From: a virus | Taxonomy: Duplodnaviria > Caudoviricetes | IMG/VR virus record: IMGVR_UViG_2593339199_000003 | Span: 1-64,000 of that record | Strand: one strand, 5' to 3' | DNA: 64,000 nt | In this document: positions 45,601 to 54,400 of the stretch, in pieces | How positions within the stretch are numbered: position 1 is the first letter of the stretch | Layout: each line of letters starts with the position of its first letter | Program-made: the position numbers and the translations under genes | Notes under the pieces: generated by a model | Seen by the model: only the letters and a program-made list of their open reading frames with translations | Told to the model about the DNA's origin: nothing | Databases searched by the model: none

Positions 45601-45972
45601 ATTAGGATCATTAGGATCATTCGGGTCATTAGGGTCATTAGGGTCACTCGGATCATTCGGATCATTAGGGTCATTGGGGTCATTGGGGTCATTCGGGTCA
45701 TTCGGGTCATTCGGGTCTGTGCCCCCTCCTCCATTGCCCGGGTCGTTCCCGTCGCCGCTTCCCGGGTTGGAGCCCCCGCCCCCGGTATCATCTCCATTTG
45801 GATCAGGCGGCGTTGGCGGGAAGTACGGGATATCCGTATCTCCGCCGCCCGTGTCCCCGTCGTCTTGATTATCCGCCGCGCGCCGTGTCGATGCTTCCAT
45901 GTCGACTTCATCACCAGCGACATGTGCTTTAATGTTAAAGCTTTTCAGTATAGGGGTTGAAAACTGGTTCAT
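42682..45972 (-). CDS. Large putative virion protein with NDP linker, Ig-like and vWA domains
   Basis: GAGGAGG RBS and ATGA overlap at 45972; MIDAS DIIFLVDYTGSM, GGGDEPE, IMLTDA. Confidence 0.85.
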   Translation of the reverse strand: MNQFSTPILKSFNIKAHVAGDEVDMEASTRRAADNQDDGDTGGGDTDIPYFPPTPPDPNGDDTGGGGSNPGSGDGNDPGNGGGGTDPNDPNDPNDPNDPNDPNDPNDPSDPNDPNDPNDPNDPNDPNDPTDPTDPHPGDKPIKVTISPKPTSVPKGEDIVVLGVVDSAYPITKAVVFVNGTEVDHTDYSLPTVTSAVGYEKSFRFSLPTDGYEAGDTIAVEVKGFDDQGRQASDSFVISTKLPADEEPNARNCLLFDSLHIEYFDATQQAIIPLDIPSDWLPYEIDNGNGAKVTFGWGSSNGIIAWFKAGTNTTGYGFQLSSIAINYLDEKNLSKTTWAASIIKQTDGVKNADLMLGDGSTKTTDNWTKPIINNGDYSASPSIGSLNDYVNFSFGGNWNINQCPINKQLLNPDEGQTTPNDPTQPPVEPYDPTKNPVRNCLLLDKVAFQYYSDITNDLETVIVPLSWLVTEQITVQSKAGPIDVVVGWSDYFKGVSVMVKNGTGQTNLQVTGIGVMFKDFYDVVQTAWATNLNFKSAGAKNTEWMKGGPKAIGDLPWISEVVTGNYANAPCIGKSGDFVVSKHYDVFTSQVCPIDSSHNSDPETGVNPVPELHVTAPSADPTSLTQCNNEPLNIAGYADIYPSVSTVNATYRGEEVYAGTGSGTHKDFAFTIPATAFGTDGGATIGGKADIIFLVDYTGSMSSYITNVANNLDAFITRLANDGVDYRLGLVQFGDVTYGERLFKNDYTTNKDLFKTQLQYILVGGGGDEPESGLEGIMDGTNGALSFDFRSNAAKYIIMLTDAHVHTTSDGGAYTVAEVASACQGRGIKISVIGPTASTNASVMDQLKPLVDATGGQYVDILGDYGSQLASISGEISHDAGELNSGDLVITATSPDGTTKSITIAINVIDCSPPPTDGGSPDEGTIKNSYDMLFRLRWGYRASGACDLDLHAFIDKDVTKHVAYNSPTVTISGATYHVYQEGADAVYLNFDYTSHTAATAWDNEVEIITIDGFVGRKLTLVVDRYAMAQIDDLDKDPQVEIINAANGALLKTIALDKATWTQQYMIICDINLKNPGQTTLSDITIRKEQRGSLTPV
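45569..45717. repeat. 9-bp tandem repeat encoding (N/T/S)DP, about 16 units
   Basis: GGRTCATTV units; flexible linker. Confidence 0.9.
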
Positions 45973-47807
45973 GCACTTTCCTCCTCTGGCCGTTGAAACA
46001 AGATTCGGATCCGCAGGCTGTACACCGGATACTCGGATTCCAGATATCCGTCGCTGGCGGTTGCCTGGCTGGACTTTGATACTTGCTGTACCGTGTAAAT
46101 CTTCGGCGGCGCCGGCTCCCCACCGCTTACAAAGGGCTGACGCTCCAGCGGTGTGATCGGATGCCATGTCGAGCCATCATCGATCGACACAAAGTATTTG
46201 ATCCACTTGTACTTCTGGGATGGATCGTCGGCATAGAACGGCGCCGGAATATCCTCATCCACGGAGAGCGTGATCTTCTCGAGCGGCTTGTCGAAGTAGT
46301 ATGGCTCGGATACAATTTCGGCGGATTGCTCGTATTCGCAGGACCAAATCTCAATGTCCCGCACGCCGATGCAGTAACGCCAACCTTCAAAGCGTTCGAC
46401 GCCTACATCGATATTTTCGTTATTGATCGTGCGGGTTAGATTGTAGATGACGTCATCCATGGCGATTTGATCTTGATCGCTGCCGCGGAGCGGGTAGTTT
46501 GCATCCACCGATGCATCGCTAATCTTGACGTTGACGCCGAGATCCTGCAGTCCGATGACCGGTCCATTGATCCGCGGCTGCTCGGCGGCGTCCGTCTTCT
46601 TCGTGAGCGAGTCAAACACATAAGCTGTGCCGTCCTCGACCTGCATCTTCTGCTCGTAGTAGATGTGCCCGATGTCGGTGTAATACTTCGCCGGCTGCTC
46701 GAACAGGATCGAGATGACCTTGGCATTCTGCGGCGTGAAGATGAATGTGGTGTCCTCGTCCTTCTTGCTGGCGCTTAGTACCGACTTCGGTGCGTTCTGG
46801 CCGTCTGAGATCAACACGTCGCGAATGATCGCCGGCTTGGCGCCGTAGTTCGGCGGGGTGTACAGGTTCACGTTGACCTTATTGATCTGCTTGGCTTCCG
46901 GAAGCACGACCTGCATATGCAGCCGCAGTACGCCGTCCGCTGGGTCCTTGGCCCAAGAGAGTGTCTGGTTGCCGCTCACTTGATAGTCGAAGCCGAGGTT
47001 CTTAGCCACTTTCTGCTTATCAATATCTCGGATATTCACGAGCTCGTATTCAAACCAGGTGTTCGCGTTGCCGTCGAGCACCGCGCCATAATTGGCATGG
47101 CTGTTCTTCTGGCCAACGAACGCATACGTGTAATCGGCTTCTGTCAGTGAACTGCCCGGCGATACCGTTACCTCGTGGGTGTTACCGGGGAAGCCATTGG
47201 AGTCGGAGCCGATGATGAACTGGTCATAAGTTTTGTTCCCGATGACAATCGCTACCTGCGCATCTTCGGCCACGTTCGTCGCGCTTTTTTGCTGGAGTGT
47301 GACAGCACCGTTCTCGATGTGCGCCGGCGAGCCAACAATTCGGTCGAAATCGATCTTGTCCTGATTAACAAAATCGTTTCGATGAAACGTGATGCGGCCG
47401 TTGCTGGCCGCATTGGTTGTCAGCAGTTCCAGATCCTTCAGCTTGTCGGCGATCTGCGTGAACTGATTGTCGAGGATGGAATGCTGCACCTGATTGTAGT
47501 TGAAGTCGGCATACAGTGCCTTGCTCAAGATGTCCGCTTCCTGGAACATGATCTGCAGATCGCTCTGCAGCTCGTCCATCATGTTGTTGTAGTCGTCGCT
47601 CCATGGCGGCCCGTCAATCGGAGCCAGCCGGAGCTGCATCAATGGCTGCCCCATGCTGACGAAGAAATCTTGGAAGGATTGGAATACGCTCTTAATCAGC
47701 GAAGTGTCCGTCTTAATTGAGCCGTTCTCGAAGGCGGTCTTCGCTTTGTCGAACTGAGCCACCGCTTGCTGATATAGGAGCTGGGAGTTGTTTTTGAGAT
47801 TAGCCAT
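45969..47807 (-). CDS. Putative structural protein, paralogue family member
   Basis: GPPWSDDYN motif, coiled coil, LDGNANTWFEYE. Confidence 0.8.
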   Translation of the reverse strand: MANLKNNSQLLYQQAVAQFDKAKTAFENGSIKTDTSLIKSVFQSFQDFFVSMGQPLMQLRLAPIDGPPWSDDYNNMMDELQSDLQIMFQEADILSKALYADFNYNQVQHSILDNQFTQIADKLKDLELLTTNAASNGRITFHRNDFVNQDKIDFDRIVGSPAHIENGAVTLQQKSATNVAEDAQVAIVIGNKTYDQFIIGSDSNGFPGNTHEVTVSPGSSLTEADYTYAFVGQKNSHANYGAVLDGNANTWFEYELVNIRDIDKQKVAKNLGFDYQVSGNQTLSWAKDPADGVLRLHMQVVLPEAKQINKVNVNLYTPPNYGAKPAIIRDVLISDGQNAPKSVLSASKKDEDTTFIFTPQNAKVISILFEQPAKYYTDIGHIYYEQKMQVEDGTAYVFDSLTKKTDAAEQPRINGPVIGLQDLGVNVKISDASVDANYPLRGSDQDQIAMDDVIYNLTRTINNENIDVGVERFEGWRYCIGVRDIEIWSCEYEQSAEIVSEPYYFDKPLEKITLSVDEDIPAPFYADDPSQKYKWIKYFVSIDDGSTWHPITPLERQPFVSGGEPAPPKIYTVQQVSKSSQATASDGYLESEYPVYSLRIRILFQRPEEESA

Positions 47808-50277
47808 TGCGAACCTCCTGATCGTAGGTTTGACAGCGAAGCGAATAGCTGAAGACAGCCGGGGTCACACTTTCGTATCCAGCGCTGTTACGGCGCAGGA
47901 TCGCCTTTAGGCGGACGTCCGTGGTCAGGTAATAATAATCGACCGTGATGTTCTTCAGTTCGTCCCCGAATGCTGCTATCGGGAAGATGATCTGATTGCC
48001 GATCTGCGCAAAGACATGTCCTTCATTTTCGATCTGCAGTCGGCTGGTATCGTAAGTACCGCTTGAGTAATCGGTGATGTTCTTGTACTCCACCCCGTTT
48101 ACCCGGACGATAACCGGGTAGTACAGGTCTTCGGCCTGCAGCTGCGTATCGTCTTGGTTGTACCGCTCCAGCGTATCGTCATAAGCGAATAGCTGATTGC
48201 GGAAGACGAAGGGCACATGCTTGATCGTGACGGTGTTGTTGTCATCCACCGCAGCGAACGTTTCCCCTGTCTCACCCTGGTCATTGATATATTGCATCGG
48301 CTGGATTTCCGTCTCGTCGATGCTGACGATGTATGCATCTTCGACCGGCTTATAATCCACCGTGTAAATACTGGAGGCCGAATAATATTGGCTGATGATG
48401 CCGAGCTTCTTCCCATCAGTCGAGATGACATACTGCGCGCGCGGCACCGGTATGCCGTCGCGTCGGAGGACTACCGTGTCGGCTGAGATGATCGGGAAGC
48501 GGAAGCTAAATTGGATGGTGCCCAACATCTCCGGATAGCTCTCGGTCACGCTGCTGCCAAAGAGGAGTTCGCCTTCGACGTAATCCTTGTTAGCCGGCAG
48601 GATCGGCTTCCATGCGCCCACGTCCGGATTCTTCTTGTAGGCGATGTAATATTCTATGTCTGTTATGCGGACCGCATCGCCATTATCCATCGTTACATTG
48701 TGGTGCTTCTCGTCCGTCATGAGACTCAGCATCTTCATGTTCCCGTTTATCGGTAACGGCTTCGATACGTAGATCGAACGCTGCTGGAACTTGCGGCCAG
48801 TCAAGCTGATGTTATAGAATCCGTACAAGTAGGACAGCTTCGACACCGCCGTCCATTGCTGGCTTAGGTTATCCGGGATCTGCTGCGGCTGCCCGGTCGC
48901 CGAGATGGACCGCAGCGCGAGCTGCATCGGGTTCTTATAGTTGCCCGTCCGGACGACATCCATGGCTGCCTTCGCCGCATCCACGACGCTGTTTGCCGCA
49001 TTGCCAGCCGTGGCCGCCCAGTTCTTGAGCGCCGATAGATACCGGTTCCAGCCTGTGAGCTCGTTTTTCTTGTCGAACTCCGCGATGGATTCGCCCGGGC
49101 TTACTTTATCGGCGATGGCATCGGTGCCGAGTGTCAGCAGTTGATTGTCGTTGACGATCTTCTGCCACAGCTCCGCTTGGTTGGCTTCATCTATGCTGAC
49201 GATGTAATTTTCTTTGACGTAATTCTCCTGCCGCATCAAGACGCGAAGCATGGAGATGTCCACCGAAGGGAACTGAAAGCTGATCAGACCAACTGACTTC
49301 TTGCTGCGCTGCGACGGATTATCGTGATCCGGCGTGATAAGGGCGTACATCTTCGCATCCTTGTCGGCCGACTCGTAACCATGCACGGCGACGATCTCGA
49401 GCGGGTATGCGCAGTACGGATCGAACTGGATTTCGGATACCGTGGTCAGGCCGCTCAGCTTGATCTCGATCTCCGTCATCGCGCCGTCCTTCGGATAATC
49501 CGTATAGTCGTGCGTCCAGATATCGCTGATGTCATGTGTGATCGGCTCATCAGAGAGAACGACTTCAGCCCAGTAGCTTTCAAGCGAGCCGTCGATCGCA
49601 TAATCCACCGGATGCTCTGGGTTGGTTGCCATGTCACCGGTGCGGTTGACGACGCGGATGTCAGCCAGCTTGCGGCCGTAGGGGTTCTTCAACTGATCGA
49701 TCGTTTCATAGCTGGCCAACTGTAGCCGGTCGGCGACGATTTCGCCCTGGTACTTATCGGCGAGGTATTGACCGTAGCGATCTTTGCGAAGCAGTGCGAG
49801 CGCTTCACTGTCCGTCTCCGTATACTGCTGGGCCTGGAACTGCTCATGAACGCCTTCGACGAAGCCGTCCGTGTTCTGCATGATGAGCTTGTAGCGTTCC
49901 ACCTGGCTGTCGAGCATTTGCACTTTCTTCTTCAACTCGGCCAGCATCGAGCGGGACAACTGATGATTGTCCGTGATAATCTGATCGATCTGCCCGGACG
50001 CGGAGAAAAGCGTCATAAGGTCGAATGCAATCTCATCGAGACTGCTGTTATAGTCGGCGGAATTAGTCTTGCCGGTTTGGTGACGAGCTTTGAATGTCGG
50101 CACGCCCTTGTATTGATTGAGCTGGGCCATGAGCCGGTCAAGCTCGGCCTTGAGCTCGTAGTCGCTTTTTATGAGCCCTTCTTGTTGTTTGATCTCCAGC
50201 AGCTCCATCAATTTTTTTCGCTGCGTATCAGGCATGGTTAAAAGAAAGTCATCAAGGTACTTCCCCACCTGCTTCAC
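47800..50277 (-). CDS. Putative structural protein, paralogue family member
   Basis: GKTNSADYN motif, AIDGSLESYW, C-terminal TPAVFSYSL; AGGAG RBS. Confidence 0.8.
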   Translation of the reverse strand: MKQVGKYLDDFLLTMPDTQRKKLMELLEIKQQEGLIKSDYELKAELDRLMAQLNQYKGVPTFKARHQTGKTNSADYNSSLDEIAFDLMTLFSASGQIDQIITDNHQLSRSMLAELKKKVQMLDSQVERYKLIMQNTDGFVEGVHEQFQAQQYTETDSEALALLRKDRYGQYLADKYQGEIVADRLQLASYETIDQLKNPYGRKLADIRVVNRTGDMATNPEHPVDYAIDGSLESYWAEVVLSDEPITHDISDIWTHDYTDYPKDGAMTEIEIKLSGLTTVSEIQFDPYCAYPLEIVAVHGYESADKDAKMYALITPDHDNPSQRSKKSVGLISFQFPSVDISMLRVLMRQENYVKENYIVSIDEANQAELWQKIVNDNQLLTLGTDAIADKVSPGESIAEFDKKNELTGWNRYLSALKNWAATAGNAANSVVDAAKAAMDVVRTGNYKNPMQLALRSISATGQPQQIPDNLSQQWTAVSKLSYLYGFYNISLTGRKFQQRSIYVSKPLPINGNMKMLSLMTDEKHHNVTMDNGDAVRITDIEYYIAYKKNPDVGAWKPILPANKDYVEGELLFGSSVTESYPEMLGTIQFSFRFPIISADTVVLRRDGIPVPRAQYVISTDGKKLGIISQYYSASSIYTVDYKPVEDAYIVSIDETEIQPMQYINDQGETGETFAAVDDNNTVTIKHVPFVFRNQLFAYDDTLERYNQDDTQLQAEDLYYPVIVRVNGVEYKNITDYSSGTYDTSRLQIENEGHVFAQIGNQIIFPIAAFGDELKNITVDYYYLTTDVRLKAILRRNSAGYESVTPAVFSYSLRCQTYDQEVRNG

Positions 50278-50316
50278 CTCCTATGTATAAAGGACAGCCT
50301 TTCGGCTGCCGCTTTG

Positions 50317-51369
50317 TTACTTTGCGATGATTCCGTGGTCGCCGTCATACGGCTTCCAGTCGTTGGCGTCCTCGTCCCATTTCTCCAAAATGAAATGGCT
50401 GAGAAGCGGGTGCTCATTGTACGAGAACGTGGCGTGCGCCATGCCATCCTGCACCGTCACCATGAGCCCCTTCGGTGTAATAGATTCCGTTACGATCTCC
50501 TTCTGATTTCGCATAATGGAGAAATCGGCGGTCCACTCGACACCTTTCATCGCTTCAATGTCCGTCAGCACCCCGGTCAGCATCTTCTCGAAGCGCTGCA
50601 GCATTTCCATGAGCGGGCTTGTCTTGGACACGACCGTCTCCAGGAGGAAATACAGGAAGTCATCCGGCACATCTTTGAATTTCATCTGCACGGGGAAGTA
50701 CAGTCGGACCGGCTGTTTCGGCGCTTCGTCCAAAATGATTTGACCCGTGACGTCGATTGACCCGAGCAGCAATCGGTTACTGGAAGTCAGGAAGCCTTTT
50801 TCGCCATTCTCGTCGAGAACGGTGACTAATCCATCCAGGAAGATGATGCCTTCTTCGGCCGGCACCTGAATGACGGTCTCCGTCACGTTGTGTGTCAGCT
50901 CCAGCTTGTAAGGCATAACAATATCCCGGTTGATGAAATCAAGACTGTCCTGTGCCATCTCTTGAATCCGGCGGAGCCTAAAGTCCAGCTTTAGGCCGTC
51001 ATCGACAACCGAATCCACTTCGGCAATGGCGTTATTGACCTCATCCTTAATGTAAGACTCGACTCCAGTACCAGATGCATTCTCCGCGATCTCCACGACT
51101 TGAGCTTTCAAGTCTTCCAGCAGCTTCTTCAACTTCTGCCCCTTCGCTGCCACGACACCAAATGTCGCCGTGTTGAGCTCGGCCAGCGCATCTTCAGCCT
51201 TGACGATCGCTGTAATGGCATTCGTTTTATTGATCGCAACCTGCGGGACCGCGGCCAGAATCGCGCCTTTATTCTGCTGCCAAGAAGACATCGATGTGCT
51301 CAGGTCATTCAGCTTCGCTTCGAGCTGATTCACAAATGGAATCAGCTCATTCGTGTTGCTCACTGGCAT
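50317..51369 (-). CDS. Hypothetical coiled-coil/beta protein
   Basis: AAAGGAGG RBS before ATG 51369. Confidence 0.75.
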   Translation of the reverse strand: MPVSNTNELIPFVNQLEAKLNDLSTSMSSWQQNKGAILAAVPQVAINKTNAITAIVKAEDALAELNTATFGVVAAKGQKLKKLLEDLKAQVVEIAENASGTGVESYIKDEVNNAIAEVDSVVDDGLKLDFRLRRIQEMAQDSLDFINRDIVMPYKLELTHNVTETVIQVPAEEGIIFLDGLVTVLDENGEKGFLTSSNRLLLGSIDVTGQIILDEAPKQPVRLYFPVQMKFKDVPDDFLYFLLETVVSKTSPLMEMLQRFEKMLTGVLTDIEAMKGVEWTADFSIMRNQKEIVTESITPKGLMVTVQDGMAHATFSYNEHPLLSHFILEKWDEDANDWKPYDGDHGIIAK

Positions 51370-51384
51370 AGGGATTCCTCCTTT

Positions 51385-51443
51385 AAAAAAGCGGCTGGCG
51401 ATTATCACCAACCGCTTTTTATTTTAACATGAAAGGCATTACA
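51385..51443 (-). promoter_or_regulatory. Operator variant plus terminator-like hairpin
   Basis: TGAAAGGCATTACA at 51430-51443; AAAAGCGG..CCGCTTTT stem at 51387-51419. Confidence 0.5.
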
Positions 51444-51451
51444 ATTTCACT

Positions 51452-54400
51452 CTAAATCTCAATGACTTCTAGGTCTTCGTCCGTATCCAGCACCGGCGTC
51501 ATCTTGACATAATCAACGTACATCAGACCCGTAGACTGGTCGATGGTATGATTAACAAGGATGTTCACCTGGTTGGCATCGGCAGGAAGCTCGACTTCCG
51601 CCGTGTAAACCATCCAATCGCCCTGCTCGACAGCCGGAAGCATGATACTTCCGACGAGGCCGGCAGTGCTGAAGATTTGGATCTCACCGCATAGGCGCTC
51701 CGAGGCGCTTGGATCAAGTCGCGCTTTCACGTCCACTCGGTACTTGGTCTTCGTGAGCTTCGTGCCAGGGAGCGTGATGGCATATTCGGCGTCATTGAAC
51801 AAACTCAATATACTGTCCTCGCCGTTGCCAAGGTCTGTCTCGTCGATGAAGTAGACGCCGCTCGAGAGCTTCTCGTTGTACTCGGTGATATGCTTCGCGC
51901 CCTTGAACTCGCTGTTGCCGATGATGTTTAAGTCTTCCTCCTCCGGATCCACGTATTCGATGATCGGCAGGTTGCCGTATGCTTTGTACTTGGCCACGGC
52001 CGCCTGGATCTCTGACTCGTGGAAGCCATCTGGATTGTTTGGCGATCGCAGGATGGACCGTGGCAGCCGGATGATGAACACGCCGTTCTCCTGATAGGCT
52101 TCACCGTCGAAGTAGCCGATGTCCCAGTTGTACAGCGACTCCTGATTGACGCTCTTGATGATCGCTTTGGAGAGCGCCTCATCGAGTCCGCCGCCGCGGC
52201 TCCGTGTATCCAGGATGATCATGTCCTTCTTGGCCGTGCTGTTCGGCTGCACCGTGAACTTGCCGATGCGCAGCATGGACGGATCGTAATAATAATCCTC
52301 CGGATCGAACCAGAAATCCTCGTCCGTATGGAAGATGCCCGTTGTCCTGCTCGTGCCTTCGATCAGCGTAAGCTCCGTCCCCTGCCGCACCCAGATGGAT
52401 GTCGGCCGCAGGTAGATGTGCATCTGGCGGACGAGCAGCTCGTTGCTGACATGCTCCTCGACCGTGTAGTCGCCAGCCACCATATCCCCCGGCACCCAGC
52501 GGCGTAGGCCGCGCATTGCCATCGTGAACTTGTGCCCCGGGCTTGGATTCAGATCCAAGTGGAAGAAATCGGTCTTCCCTGTCGTTTCGTTCTTGCGCTC
52601 GAAGCCGCGGTACGTATACCAGTCTTCTTCATAAGCGTATTGTACGATTACTTCATCCTGATCCCGGATCTTGTCATGCAGGTAAATGATACCCTTCTTG
52701 GCGTCCACGTCGGCCACACGGAGCTTCCGGGAATTGTTGATCCGCAGCGCCTCGACTTCCAGATAGCTGATGCCGACGTCCGACGACAGTACGATCGGCG
52801 TGAAGCGGGTCTGAATTGTCTTCTCGTTTAGGATGATCGGCGTCTCCCGCTCCACCAGCATGACCGGCCGTTTGTAGAACGACTGGTTCGTGTATTCGGG
52901 AATCGTGTAATCCATGACAATCTCCGTGGTCAGCTCCGCACTGCGCGGCGCATAGGAGATCAGCTCGGGATACGACATGTAGATCTGCGGCACCTTCTCC
53001 GCAGCCTCGAAGTACGGCAGCTGCAGTCGGCGCTTCACGCGCCCGTTCTTGACGCGCACGTACCAGTTCTGCGTCTCCATCTCGCTCATGGCGACCTTCG
53101 GCTTCTCGACTTCAATCTTGCGATTGTCGTCCAGCTTGATGGCCAGGATTGGCACTGCCTCGAGCTCCTCGAAGTTAGTCCATGCCGCCAGATCGACGAC
53201 CAGGCCATCCAGCAGATCGGAGGAGCCCGGCTTCAGGACGTTCTTCAAGCGCATGCGGTTCACACCGGCGTAAGCCTGATCAACCTCGAATTTTTCCATG
53301 CTGCCCAGCGTATAGCGCCAGCGGTAATTGACGCGGAACTCCTTGTTGCGGCCACTGATGTCGCCGCGCTCGATTCGAAGCAATACCTGATCCTTCGGCA
53401 CATCGCTCGGGATACCGAGTTTGCTATAGATGCCCTCCTCCGCAAACAGTGCGCCAAGCGACTTCACGTCCTCGTGCTTGTAGATCATGTCTGCCGTCTG
53501 CGGCCAGGTGATGGGCGTACCGACCGGCACAATCGGCGGCACATTTGCCTGCGCATTGACCTCATTAGACGGACCTATGGAGAGACTCACAGTGTCGCCG
53601 CCGGTGATCCAGATGCGGTTCCAGGAGAAGTTTTCGACATCGGCCGGGATCGCCGCCTTGGATAAGGTCGCCGGCGAGAGCGTGTAGCTCATGGAGCCGT
53701 CCGCCATGAGGTAGGCTTTTCCCGTTCCCTTAATGTTGATCGCATGCTCCGACGTCTTCCACGGCGTGATCTCCGTGCCGCCTGCCGTATAGTTGTTCGT
53801 TTGCGCATACGGATAGCCGTCTTTGATCCGTACATTCAAGTCGGCCGGATTCTTCTCGAACTGGACCGCGGCGGATGGATACGGCTGATAGGCAAACAGC
53901 GTGCCGTAGGTGGCCTTGATATAATCCTCGACCTTCCCTTTCAGGATATCTTCCGGCTTATCGTCCATCATCTTCACTTCGCCATTGCTGGTCAGATTGA
54001 CGTCCACCCAGTCCGTGTATTCACGATGCAGGTTCAGTTCCTGGAACGTCATTTTAGACCATGCACAGCCGGCCTGCGAGATGTTGCAGAGTCCATAGCC
54101 GCCCGAAGCGTAATCATTGTCAATTGCTTCAGCCACGAGCGTGCCGAGTGCTGCATCGCTAATATCGCGGCTGATGTAAACCTTCATCTGGTTGCCTTGG
54201 CAGATGACCGTGATCTTGACCGTTTCATTGGCATTCCAGCCTTGGTTGGATGCCGTCGTCGGGTTCGTGATGTCCGTGAAGGAGTTGCCCGAGTTGTCGG
54301 ATTTGTACTGGCAGTTTGGCGCGGCGAGATCACTGTATGGCGGCAGCGAGCTCGGTGACGCTTTGAAGATCCGTGTCTTCTTGTTGCCAAAGCCGGTGTT

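Noticed and set aside
45965-45995. Canonical programmed -1 frameshift
   Set aside because: No in-frame X XXY YYZ heptamer; strong SD and ATGA overlap favour coupled re-initiation.
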